From positions 1 to 64,000 of the forward strand of contig FLMG01003519.1 in the NCBI GenBank assembly GCA_900088475.1: a stretch of 64,000 nucleotides of DNA. Direction: 5' to 3'. Position numbers and translations under genes: made by a program. Numbering within the stretch: position 1 is the stretch's first letter; each line of letters starts with the position of its first letter. The notes beneath the pieces are model-generated. The model worked only from the letters and a program-made list of their open reading frames with translations. It searched no databases and was not told the origin of the DNA. This document shows, piece by piece, positions 26,107 through 39,099 of this stretch. The stretch comes from Hyphochytrium catenoides. Its lineage: Eukaryota > Protista > Hyphochytriomycota.

Positions 26107-29100
26107 CTAGGCAAAAGGGTACAGGTAGGGTTTTCCAGGCTCAGCCATCTGCTGCTTGTCTTCAGGGCCCGGCACGTGGTCTCCAGGTACGGTCAAAATC
26201 TAATGATTTGACACGTTAGCCGCAATCACCTACCCCTAAAAAATGAATGACATACCTGAACCTCCTGCAGACCTAGCGAGCTGGCAAGGAACTGTTGATA
26301 AAACTGTAGCACCTCCATCTCGTTAAAGGGCATTCTGTACAGAAAGAAAGAGCATGACAATTTAGTCTTCCACTTTGCCCATTAGCAAGTATGCATTGCC
26401 ATAGCAACTTACACAAGGTCCAGCGCTTCCACTCCCACAGCCTCGACCTCACTCTTCTGGAACGCAGCAAACTGCATCACCAGTTTCATCAACTTTTTCA
26501 GCTCTGGTTTGGAGTCGACAAACTGTTTAAGCAGCTTCATAAAATCTTGGGGGAAGCCTCGCGTTGTCGGATCATAGATAGAACGCATGTAGGTCATCAG
26601 CTGCTCTTTCCATTCTGGGTATGCTGTGGCAACGTAGAGATAGGCCTTAGTAGGAGGCTTTGCAGGCTCGGCGGGCTGGCCCTTTTTAGCTTTCTTTGGC
26701 TGTGAAGCCTTGATCACTGAGTCTCTGAACTTCTTCATGTTGGCCCGGAAATAGTTACCGGCCCTAAACAGAACGCTGTCCACCTGCTGAGTGGCAGGCA
26801 AGCTGGGGATCACAACTTAGACTAGTTAACATCTCACTATGCAAGGCAATGGTGAGCCGTACCCAGCCTTGAAGACGCTCTCTTTGTTGCCTAGAAGACC
26901 CCATACGTTCTCGCACCAATGGGGAGTTATAGGAGCCATAATCCGCACAAGCGCGTCAATGAACTTCTTTGTCACCTCAACATGCAGGCCCTAAATAATA
27001 AGACAAGAGTAGCCCGCAAGGTGAGGCCCCGAATAAGCATAAGCCACGCCCATTTGGTAAGTACCATTCCCTGACGAGTGCAAACATCCCGATAGAAGTC
27101 CCGAGCTAGGAGTAGTTCGAAGAAGCCGGCATGCAGTGCATCACGGAATCGCATATTGTCATAGGCCGTCTGGGCATCCTCAACCTGGATAGACATGGCC
27201 GATGGAGGTTATTGGTCATCCTGCTTCAAGGCTAGGGTGCTTTTGCGGCTGTCAGTACCTGTTTGTTCACCTCATTCTCGAAGATGCGATCGCTAAGATT
27301 AACTTCTCCTGAACGGAGCTGGCCAGCCAACTCCTCTTCAAGAACTGCAGTTAAAGGAGAGTCCTTGAGAACGATGCAATAGCAACTACAGGTCGTCTCT
27401 GCTGCGAAGACGTACCTGATTTGATCCAATCCTCCTCAGTGGTCAGCCTGAGAATGGCAGCATTTGCAGTATCTCTGATAGCCATATAACTCGGTGTGAG
27501 ATATGACACTCCTACTTGCCAAGAGTTTTCAACCCAAACCTTGCAAAGTTGGCATCATCCATTCCATCGCCTGCATCTGCTAACGCGATCCTTGTAGCAT
27601 CAGCACCCCAGATCTCCACGGCGTCCTTAAGCATGATAAAGTTTCCTTTCTGCTTACTCATCTTCTCAGCATCAACCAAAATGTGACCATTTGTAAAGAA
27701 ACTCCTTGGCCACTTTGACGGATCATCGCTCCAGATCTCAGTATGATTGTAGAGAGACATTGTCAAGTGATTTTGGATCAAGTCCTTTCCTAAAAAGAGT
27801 GGGTCGGTGCCTTGTATGGGGGGCAGGTTTGAGACACCGCGCTAGACCTTACCTGAAACTCTAAGGTCCAGAGGATACCAGTAGTTGAACTCGGATTTCA
27901 GGACGTCCAGCTTCTCCTTTGGAATCGAACAGTTCTCAGGGTACGGAGCCTTCAGGAAAATGTAGTTCCAGACGTCCAGAGTCTAAGGGCATGTGACAAA
28001 TTGCATGATAAGAGAGCCCAAAACAGTGGTCGAAGCAGAATCCGTCAGCTTTTTACGTCATTTTGAGCGAAGTGTCTGCACATACCAGCTCTTCCGGCTT
28101 TATGCCCAACGGCCCAGCTGCTGATCCCTCCATATTTCCTACGGATTAACGGTAAGACTCACAGACCCAACTGCTACTAGCCTTTTCACCTTACCTTGAA
28201 GATGGTGGGCGACGGTATAATACGCCATGTAAATTGTTGAGTCTGAAAGAGACTCAATTACCCACTTCTCATCCCATGGAAGATGTGTGCCTGTTCCATT
28301 TTTGTGAGTACAACCGGCACCTTCAGAGGGGAAACTTCAAGCACTTACCGAGACCAAATTGCCTAGAGCAGGCCCACTCGTGGAGCCAGGACAGAGTGGC
28401 CTCAAACTGGCTGAGTACCACAGGGTTGTACGTAGTGAATTTTTCTGACTTGATATGCTTCAGAACACGCTCTTTCCAATCTTCCTCCCCATAGGCCAAA
28501 TACCACTGCTCAGTCAGTGCGACGACGCATTCATCGCCTGAACGGGACATAACTGTCGACTCGGGTTCGAAATAGGGCAGAGCCAAGCCCGCTGCAATGA
28601 GCTCCTTTCGGACAAGCGGCTTGGCGTCACATACTTTCTGACCCTAACGTGGTACCAATGTCAGAAATCTGCATTAGCCCAAGCCCTTTGCGATGATATA
28701 CCTTTTGGCTTCCGACAAGCATTCTTCCCTCATAAAAGCCCTTTAGGTAGACTTTTTCTTTCGCTTCCTTTAACTTTTCGGTGTCATTTTGGCTCTTGAT
28801 CTTAAGCTCGTCACACACCGTAACAGCCGCCTTGTCGCCATAACCAGGAATATCAATGATGGGCACCACCTGATAGTAGCGGGGCAAAATTTAGGGTTAG
28901 CTCAAGCCCTTCTTCCGATGCTGTTGTGAGCCCATACCTCATAGGGTAAGACCATATGATCCTCAAGATGAAACTTTTGTCGCATCGCCGGCTTCTCTTT
29001 CAGATCACGAAGAGCAGCATAATCGTCTGGAGCATCGCTAGGTACACTCGTAACCACTCCGGTTCCTTTCTTCATTGAGATTGTCAATAGAGGAAGTGTA

Positions 29101-30862
29101 TACACGACTTCGTAGGTGGCATTTGGCGCGGACAGAGGAGCTCCGAGCAGGTCCCAGCCCTTAAGCTTCAGCAGGCATTCCACCTTGCCCCAGACGCGGG
29201 ACTTGTTCTACGGTGAGAGGATCAATCAGGTTTTCGAACGTGACGAAGCCCTTCATATGAGGAAGGTCGATACCTGGTGTGCAAGGTTAAGGGCTGATCT
29301 TTCACTGCAAACAAAGATTTCCTCGTCGTCTATCTGGAATGCTCCGTAGTCTCCGTCCGGAAGAACGAAACAGTTTGTCTGGCCATACCTGTGCGAAGGC
29401 CGTCGGTGACATACCATCAATCAGCGAGTTTTGCAATCTACAGTCCACCCGCGGTTACTCACATTGTCTCCGGGCGGAGTGTCGCGGCAACTAAGAAGAC
29501 CTTTTTGCCAGCGAGTGGGGCAAGCTTTGCTGGGAATGGCTCTACAATTCTCAATTTGATGAGTGTGTACTCTTGTGGGCCAACACCTTCTCCAGATGCA
29601 CGATCATGATCTGCACAGACCTAAGAACTCAACTTTAGTAATGAGACTCAATGCGAAGCAGCGACCAATAATGCAGGACAGCGACAAATAGAGCCTCTAG
29701 GGAAATTACATTCATTCGTGCAGAGGAACAGGATTATTTGAAGAAGGAAGAAGACAGTACTAACTTGGCCGTCGAGAGCTGAGTACACCGCTGGTCGTGT
29801 ACCAAAAAGAACTCTCTTCTTCTCCCTGAGGATGTGGAACTGCCACCGAATGAAGGAGTCATAGTAGGGATTGACACTGGTCGTGATGAACGCACGCCGC
29901 AGGTCCACGTGGAAGCCAAAGAGCTCCAAATCTTCCCTTCCCAGTGGCGGGAAGTAATGCAGCCAATAAACTGGGTCCACAAAGTTGGGAATGAGCTCTT
30001 CGGGTACCTAAGGGTAATTTGTATGTAAGACATAACTAATGAGAGTAGATATTGCTCCCCAGGCATGACTGCAGACTAGGAGGGCATACCATCATCTTTA
30101 GAATATCCCATTGATATTTCACAGCACCCGTCTTCGCTACTGCCTTTGACTTCTTGCCCTATAATGGGGATTGTTAGAGCTTCGGAGGTACAAGTAGAGG
30201 CCTAATAGGATTCGACCTTAAAAGTCCCAGGATTCTGTTCTCCCTCTGCCGGCTTCCCTTCAGCTTTGGCTTGTGCGACCGTCTCTGCAAATAAGGGGTC
30301 AGTGGTATCAACCCCCACCTCAGATATGGTATGGTATCATCATACCCTCAGCACCCTCTTCCTCCTGTTTGGGAAACTTTGGCGGGCATCCAAACTGCTC
30401 TAGCTCTGCCTTCAACTTGTTTGCGGCTGCTTGAATTGGCATACCCGAACAATGGAAGCCGTATGGGAATATTGCATTCTCACCCTTCATCTTATGGTAT
30501 CTAGGACCTCAACAACATTAGCAATAGAGGAGTTGCATGAAGTTGTTGCATAAACCTACCCGACAGCAAAGTCTGCCTTTGTCATTGTAAAGCCATGACC
30601 TAGATGAAGGCGCCCATTCATGTACGGGTACGGGAAGGTGGCAAGATACTTCTTCTTGCCAGGAATGGGGTCAGCCTCGAAGGTCCTTCCTTCTTTCCAT
30701 TTAGCTTGTACTCTCTTCTGCATATCAATGAGGTGGTCTCTCCTAGCAAAAGACTGAAAAGATGGTTTAGTGCTCACAGTCCACTGACTTGCCAAGAATC
30801 ATGATGCTAACCTTTGGGGCAGATGCTCCATCTGCGGAGCCTGACACTGCTAGCTCCGCCAT
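26107..30862 (-). CDS. LARS1: Cytosolic leucyl-tRNA synthetase
   Basis: [15 protein letters not shown] (HIGH), [46 protein letters not shown] (CP1 editing), [17 protein letters not shown]; many GT-AG introns. Confidence 0.96.
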
Positions 30863-31661
30863 CTTCGTGGTGGGTGGTGCTTCCATCCTTTAAAGCTTTA
30901 GTCTCACTCTCAATCCAGACGAAGGAATCGATTCGTTTCTCCTAGATCCGCAGTGCGCAATGAGTAGAAACGGCGCTGATGAAGCAAGGCGTCCAAGCTT
31001 CAACCACGAAGAAGAGCTTATGGTCAATGCCTCTGCGCAGCATCTGAAAGCTGAAGGCGGAAGATGTTGAGGGTTCGGATGGTGATGACTCATCACCGCC
31101 AGAGACTTTTTTCCACGGCTCTGCTGGAGACTGTGGCAGATAGCCGCTAACGATCATCATCTTGGAACTTCTACTGTACATCGGACAACGTCACTGAACC
31201 ATATGTGATGACACCATAATAATAAAAGGCCCTTATGATGTACGGAGTATGACCTTTCAGGCTAAGCGATCCTGGCTTGTCAGACACAGCTTCATCATTA
31301 AATCTTTGGATAAACCGGTCGGTCCCACAGAGGCACTGACATTAACCGGCACCGTTTGGAATAACGTAGAAATGCAAGTTGTAGTGCTGTACTTTACGGA
31401 TATTGAGATTGCTGCTTGCTACGGTCTTTACGCTGAAGTCCTGGCTAATGCTACTACCTTGTACACTTGTAAGTTTCCTATTTAGAGAGAATGTGCGCTG
31501 GGTCCGCTATTGAGCAGCGGCTTGCCATCTAGTTTGTCATTGACTGCGGAGGAGAGGGGGAGGGGGGAGGATTCACGCCTGTGGCCCGAGATGAGATGAG
31601 GGACGTCCATGTTGTAGTCACGTAGGGCAATTGCAGTAGTAACACGTGCCGCTGTACCACT

Positions 31662-33076
31662 CTAGTCGTCCCAAAGTAACTCCTGGACCCGATGAACTTG
31701 TAGCTCATTGGAGCCAGACTCCTTATCCATATGACGGAGAAACACGAGATTCTCAATCTCCCCTACTACCACCTAGACAAGACAAACATTTAGGGCTAGG
31801 GCTGCATCGAGTGAAAGAGAGTGGTCACTGTTGTTACCTCAACTGTCGTCAGAACAGTTCCTTCAATCAAGCTTCCTCCAATAACGCGACCGTCAGAATC
31901 TGACACTGCAATGTTGATGCTATGGGTCTCTCCTGGCCCAATAGTGCCCGACAATGACACTATTTCAACCGGTGCGTTGATCACAATAGTATTGTCCGTG
32001 GTGCTCTCCATCGTAGGAAGGGCTGAGGCAGTACGTAAGCTTACTGTCTTCAAGTTGCCAACCACTGTCTGAATGAAAGCAGCCTTAAGACGGTTCTTTC
32101 GGGCGAAGCTGAGAATGGTATTCTTGAGGTCTTGTCCAGCGCGTAGCCTCATCGCATACACGCGGACATGACCGCCACCGCTTGAGACAGGCAAATCCGC
32201 TGTAAAAGGGCGAGTCAGCTCAATATTACCACCCGTTTTTCTTTCCTCTAATGGACAAAATCTCCTTTTTGCTGAACGTGACGACTAAATCAACTTACAG
32301 GCCATGTAATCTGCATCCATGTATTCTCCTCCTTCTCCCAAGATACGGCGACGCTTAGGTCTTGATATCGCCGTCGGATCAGAACCTTCTAGCGCTGGTA
32401 AATTAGCAGGAGCACCGCTAAATAGGTAGAACGGAGCAAGTCAGAATACGTAACGATTGATGTATACCTCACCAGCTCACGTGAGCTCCCAGATTCTTTG
32501 CTCTACATCTTAAAGCTTACCCTTTCTTTCTCAGGCTAGGATTGGTCTTAATGTATGCCACAACTACGTTCTTCGGGATGTTTGAGAATTTTTGATGAAT
32601 CTGTTGCGTGCATACGAGTGAGCTACCGAATAGGTGGCTAGCGAAAAGGGGACCCATACCACTTGATGAACTTTGTTGATTCCAGCATAGCCAAGCTTGA
32701 CGCGATAAATCTGATCGATCGTATCAAACCATTCCCGGGGAGGACAAACCCTAAGCATGGTGCTCGTTCCTTGTTCGCTTTTGCTTCCCTGGCGAAAAAG
32801 TGCATATTTTGGTTGAGATCCATCGGGAGATGAGCAAAGACGTCTGGTAAAGTCAGTCTTTAGCATGTGCTTGAGCTTTGCAATCCGAGCTCGGTCCATT
32901 CCTTCCCATCTATGTGGGTTGGAGTCATCCAGCAGCGAAAGGTATAGGTCGTACTTCTCGTCGGTGATAATTTTCTGGGACTTCATTATGTCGGATGCGA
33001 AGACCAGCCGCTCAAACTCAGCTTTGTGGTCCTCGCGGCTGATCACCGGTTCATTGGCCACTCCCGGAGACGTCAT
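31662..33076 (-). CDS. Integrase-H2C2-like domain (zinc ligands lost) + NLS + PPC/DUF296 domain protein
   Basis: Five exons join in frame through GT-AG introns: ...EWFDTIDQIYRVKLGYAGINKVHQV|IHQKFSNIPKNVVVAYIKTNPSLRKKG|GAP...RPKRRR...YMA|SDLPVSSGGGHVRVYAMRLRAGQDL...VEIVSLSGT...GRVIGG...TTVE|VVVGEIENLVFLRHMDKESGSNELQV...DD*. Confidence 0.8.
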
Positions 33077-34310
33077 GATGCCAACCCTTAACCCTATCAA
33101 CGAACTCCAAGCAGAAGTAGACGTATCTGATGGCAAGCTCCGTCTTGCCGGGCAATCTGCACTTGTCGCTTTGATCGTCGCAGCTCTGCAGAAGAACTCG
33201 CTGAGCTTGCTCACTGGGCAACAACAGCAAAAGCTGGTGAACGGAGAAATTCAAATTCAGAAAGAAGCCAGAACAGACAAAGCCCATTGTCGATGAGAGG
33301 GCCGTCCCACCCATCCTGCCTCTATAAATAGGATGTAATATTTGCCAAAACGGGTGGGCCATCTCCTGGGTTGCCAATAATGTCAATAAGTTTGAGACAT
33401 GACAAGATGTGAATAACAATTATTCACAATACATCACAAGTAACCTCCAGGCAGCTGCTTACTTACTGCTTATCTTGTACAAAATCAATAGCTGCATTGT
33501 CAATTATGGACTCTTAGCGTTAGTGAAAGATTGAGATTATTGACTAAGCACTGAAAGGGCACAGCGGAAGGTGCATTGTCTATGGTGCTCAAGAGGTCAG
33601 TATATTTATCGGCTTATCGGCTGATCATCGCAACCGAAAGAGATTTTGAAGATGATCAGCCAGTCATCGGAGGAATCTATCGTGCGTGATAATGGGAGAG
33701 GGAAGCAAGCTTTGCATGTTGGTGACCAAGCGGTTTGCTGAAACATCTGTCTTTTCAACAGCCCAATAGCCCCACATTCGGTTCGCATCCATAAACGGAG
33801 ATCTTCTACGCCCTCGGAGCAGCTAGCTGTAGTCGATCCGCTGGGAGTGCGGCTACCTTGGTAGAGTGTGCTTTCCTTTCAGCTCCCTAAGCGCCAACAT
33901 TAGAGGCGGCGGCCGGGATTGTGCAGATCCGAAAGGTCGATCGACCTCAACTGCAGATCTCTTACTAATAATTGTTCTTAGCTCATCAGCGCACTATGTT
34001 AATGTCTCTGGCTCTCAGTTCCATCCCGGACTGAGCAATTCCTAAACAAGGATAAGAAGCGCTTCAAGATCCGTTGTTATGAGCCCTAGTTGATGTTATG
34101 AGACCTCGGGAGTTGGATAGAGAACATCTTACACAATATCTTACTCGCAGCGCAGATAGAATGATGACCATGGGTTACTCAACTTTTATTATGATCGACA
34201 CGTAGATACAAAGAAGTAGACGGACATAAGGCAACGACAAACAGATATAGCTAAAAGAAAGCTCTTCCTTTCTATCCTCCTAGAGCCATTTTGAGGAGTG
34301 AGGAAGGATC

Positions 34311-37300
34311 TTACTGAGAAGTAGCTGGTCCTTTGAGGAAGAAATTGGACAGCGAGGCTACAGGTCCTCCACCTTGCCTTGGGCCGACAGGAGTTTTCAT
34401 CGTCACGTAGTCAACTATTCCTTCTCGACTCTCGTAGGCACCAATCTTGGGGAAAGATGGTGAAGCGATTGGCGCTGCTTGTACCCTTGTACTCACGATG
34501 CCCCCCTTCTGAAACCTATCGAGTGGTTCTGTCGGTGGCATATCTGGCCCCCTGTTCCCTTGTCTTGACAATCTTGAAGCAATGACGGAAAGGCTAAGCG
34601 GAGGAGCTGCATAACTCTTCTCAAACGGTGCAGATCCAGACCCGGAGTGAATCGCACTTAAGAGTGTGCCTCGCTGTGCAGGCAATGTCGTATGACGGTC
34701 ACGAAAGTGAGGACTAATCCAGCCGTCAGGCTCCAATATGTCTCCATTCTGCTTCTCCAAAAACAGGTGGTTGGTTAACGCTAAAAGGCAGCGTCTATAT
34801 TTCGTTAACAGGTGGCTGCTAACTTTGCGGTTGGCCCTGCGCACACGCCGTTCCAAAAAGGATGGGTTGATCATCACACTTCCGACCTTGGTGATCACGA
34901 CCTCAGTGCCGATATGCTTGAAGTTTTCTCCAATCCAGCCGGGCATGGATAGGATCCCGACAATCATGTCTCCATCACAGACGAGGCGGTAGGCATACGG
35001 GATGACTTGATTGAAGATGTTTGCGAACTGGAGGTTGCCCACTCTTGGAGATCCGAAGTTGACTAGTCCAACCCAGTTGCGCAATCTGCCCTCTAGCTTC
35101 AGATCAAGTGCAGCGAGTGTGGCGAGGGCGCCGCCAAGACTGCAGATGAAAGAGAGGAGATAGTTTAGTAAAGAAGCGTCAATAATGAAGACTAGAAAAA
35201 AAGCAAATCATATAATACCTGTGTCCGGTACAGAGTATATCCCAATTAGCCGTTGGACCGCTTCTGACAATCTCCAACACGCTCTCTAGAACCTCCTCCC
35301 GAACTGCGGAATAGGCTTTCCAAAACCCCGAATGAATCTTGCATTGGCGAGCTTCGCCTTCCACAGTGAAGGTTGCCTTGGTCTTGACAAGCAGGACATC
35401 AACGCCGACGTTCCTTCAGAAACGGAGAAAATGACAGCCCAATTATGACTCAGTATTGACCCGATCCTTGCGACTACTGCTCTTACCTGAAGCTGCTCGT
35501 TCCTCTGAAGGCTATCACTATCTGTCCTCTCCCCACAGCGATGAGCCCATGAGTATCATGCTCTTCATTGTGGATATACTTCACAATACGGTAGCCTAAC
35601 TCTTCGAAGCGGAGCTCATCGATGGTAGCCTCCATCGAAGTACCAATGGCTGGATGAAGAAGTGTGACATATAGGCGCGCAATGCGTGGTGGACTCAATT
35701 CATCGAGGAGAAAAGCGATTGTAACAGGGACATAGAGATAAAACCAGGAATAAGGCCCACGACAAATTCAAGAAGACTCTGACAGGAGCCGTGTCCCCTA
35801 GCGATAGAGATTGCGGTTTTATGGCGAGTGTACCTGTTGGGGGCGGGAGGTAAACTTCATGCGAAAAGTTGAACATGTTGCAAGCAGTTTCCACGCAAAA
35901 GTACTTTTTATGCTGGGACGGGCTCTTAGGATCTTTCCCTACTTTCCTGTCGTACCTATAGAGAGGACAAAGAGGACATAAGACCGAGATATGGGTACTG
36001 GCCATCATCATTCTTCTTAGCCTGTGCATTCATCAACTTACCTCAAGGCCCCATTCTCTCGGTACACAAATTTCCTTCTGATCTTGCTCTTGCCACTGGG
36101 CACATAGAAGAAGAACGCCAAAGTCACGACCATAGTGAACTCAAAGAGCGCCTTCAATCTTGGAATGTAGGGTCTCGCCAACCCAGATACCACTAAAGAG
36201 CAGTGGTGAGGGCAGGTTAGAGACGTCACCTGCCGAGAAAATTTACGGATCATCTCACCTGAGGCCTCTGTTTCGGTAGGGACTGACTGGAATAAGGCAG
36301 GTGGGGCGAGGAACTCCACGCTCTTTTCCACAAAGTAGAGTATCAAGTAAAGGATGAGCTGCGGTAAGAGACATTGGTCGTTTAGAGGCTATTCCTATAA
36401 GATACGGAGGGAAAATAGTCGTACTCACCATGGGGCGAAGGGTGCGGTAGCTCAACTGCTGAAAGCGAGAAGAAATATAGGGGATGGGCCTCAAGAAGAC
36501 ACCCGTTCGATACAGGACGAACATGAGATAGAAAAGAAAGAGGCAGTTCATTCCGAACATCACGCTCATCATCACCACAACGAGAACTCCATCTTCAGTT
36601 GAAGTCAGGTCTACTCCGGTCATGGGGTAAGGGTCGGGCCTCTTCTTAAAGTAGAGAATGGCGCAAGCATGGACCGCTAAATGGGCGATGACATATAGTG
36701 TTTTGCCGATGTAGAAACCAGCTGTCGGAGAGGTCCCATTTAGACGAAGACCGTCCTAAACAGATTGTAGAAGATATCTTTGAATACAGGGTCCTAAAGG
36801 AGAAAAATTTAGCTGCGCTCTTACCACCAGACAGACGAGGAAGACGTTGAAAAAAACCCGTGCTAAGCCCCCTAATATTGATGAGGCTAGTCCCAGTGAG
36901 TGACCGTAAGCAGCTCCAAGCTCCAGTACCAATCCTGCAAGATTCTAAGGATGAGCGTGTCAGACCCATAGGAGGCCAGCATACGCGTGAGAGCAATGAC
37001 ACAATCCACACCTGCTTGAGAATCATTGTCACAACCAGCAAGCAGACAAATCTTCTCTCAAGAAGCCAGTTCTGCCAGCCTTTGCCAAACTTGAGCAATG
37101 CGCGCATATAAATGGCTAATGTCACGATGGACAATAACACCATAATGATAGTACTAGCAGCGAGGAAGTAGCCCCAGAAGTTTGGTGAGCCCGTATAGAA
37201 GACAGTCGGGATCGCATGCTTAGCGTTCCCTGCCAACGCGATGTTCGTTTGGCGGAGAACGACCTTCGCCGGGAATATACTTGTCGACTCGGTGGAACTA

Positions 37301-39099
37301 CCCTTAGTTTCCGCCTAGGACAGAGGTACCAGGCTTAGGGCGATATAAAGAAGACAGCTGGCGCAAAACGTTTTAGGTGTACCCTAAACACATTTTCTCC
37401 GCAATAGAGCTTGTATTTCTCTGCCTGTGCTGGCGATGCCCCTTCCAGACCTTGTTTGGATCCGGAGCATGCAAAGTACCAAGCTGTGCCGGTTACGTTT
37501 GCCTGAAAATTGATGCTGAAGTCGGAGAAAGAGCCTTGTCGGCCCTGTGGCAGAAGAAAAGAGTCAGGTTAAAAGGCTGGAGAGACATGCACGGTGAAGC
37601 TAACTTAAGAGGTACGGTCCTACGTGAATATCTGAGCCGAACGGCAGACTGAAGACAGGTCTTTTAGTGCAGATGGCCCGATTTTTAGCAAGGTTCTTTG
37701 CTGGTGTCGTGGTTTGGTCCCTCCAAAGCGGCACAATTGAAGAGCTACCGCCGGTGCAGACTGATGGTGCTGGAGGATTGAGCTTCTGAATAACCTGGAC
37801 CCGTTTTCCGCCCCTTGTTCCCATCATCGAAACAGTGACATCGAATGTCATGTCCATAGACCAGCCATCAAAGATTGGTGTTTCGCTGGTATTCCCGGCA
37901 ATCGGTGCCGCAGCTGCTAGTTGGTCCCAAAAATATGTTCTAGAGCCATTCGCTACCCTGTACACAGGGTTTGAGGAGGAACCCCTTAGCGTTGTTTCGT
38001 CCAAAATGAGTGTTAGTAAGTCCTTCTCAGTGCCGACGTTTTGAAGATAAACTTCTGGTGCCCATGAGTATCTATAGCCAATGCTGTCCAGCAGCTCTCC
38101 ACCGGTAGAGAAGGTGAATGATCCAGACATCAGGGTAGAGGATCCGAGGGTCTTGTATAGGAGTAGATCTGGATTCTCTAAGATCCGAATTTCCCCACTG
38201 CTAGAGGCTTGAAGGACAATCACAATCAAGGCGATAACTGTCAAGAAGACGCCGAGCATCCCCATAAAAGTGGCTTTGATAACTCCAGGAGACAGTTCCT
38301 CCAGCTTGATGCGATAGCTGTCCATTGTGACGCCGGACGGAGCGTACGCAAGCTAGGGATAGAGATACCATCAGCGGGCATATGATTTGGAAGACGACGT
38401 GGTGCTTCTTCGGAGTTGACTTACCCGTCTGGGATCTACCCATCCCTTCCTCTCAAGCCGCTCAATCATTGGATTGGCCACAGCGGCCTCTTCTAAGTCT
38501 TCAACCTTTGGATTGCGATCTTTTATATGGCTATGGGGTCGTTCTCCAGCTGCATCACCAGAGAGACGGGCGAAGGTATGGGCAGCTCTTTCAGAGATGA
38601 CGCGGCCATTAAGATGCCTTATTCCCACACTAATAAGGCTAGTGAGCTTCTTCTTGGTCTTTTTTAGCTGCCTTCCTCCCCAGCAAGAGGTGACGACGCA
38701 GCTGAGTAACATGAGGCAGAAGGTAAAGATTACCAGCAACGGCATAGAAAACCATACTACCGTCCCTACTCCCGTAAGCTCGCAGAATCCCTGAAACACT
38801 ATGGTTTCATTGAATGCCGTCACTGCCCTTCTCTGGCACTTTGAGAGCCAATCCAAACAAGAGCACTGCAAGTTCCCAACGTTGATGCAATTTCTAGTCG
38901 AGTTTGACACGTCTACAAACGGTGTTTTGAGCCCCACCATGGACATGTAGCCCTCATAGAAGTTTTGAGGAAGAAGCCTAAAGCTCCTGGGAGGAAAGAG
39001 GCGGGACTCTTGGATCGTGCATTGGTGGTCGGCCGTCACCTGAAGGAGCTGCAAGAGCTGTATGGAACAATGCTTACCATTAGCTGGGTCTGGGAACAC
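34311..39099 (-). CDS. TMEM181/Wntless-like multipass membrane domain fused to a class-3 lipase (5' end uncertain)
   Basis: WQNWLLERRFVCLLVVTMILKQ|N, CLV|DGLRLNG...FYIGK and FLFYLMFVLYR...RF parallel TMEM181/WLS. Lipase motifs: IVIAFRGT, KIHSGF, TGH|SLGGALATL, NFGSPRVGN, DGDMIV, FKHIGTEV, SSHLLTKY. The upstream ORF 38371-39099 splices in frame (DPRR|LAYAPSGVTMDSY). Confidence 0.85.
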
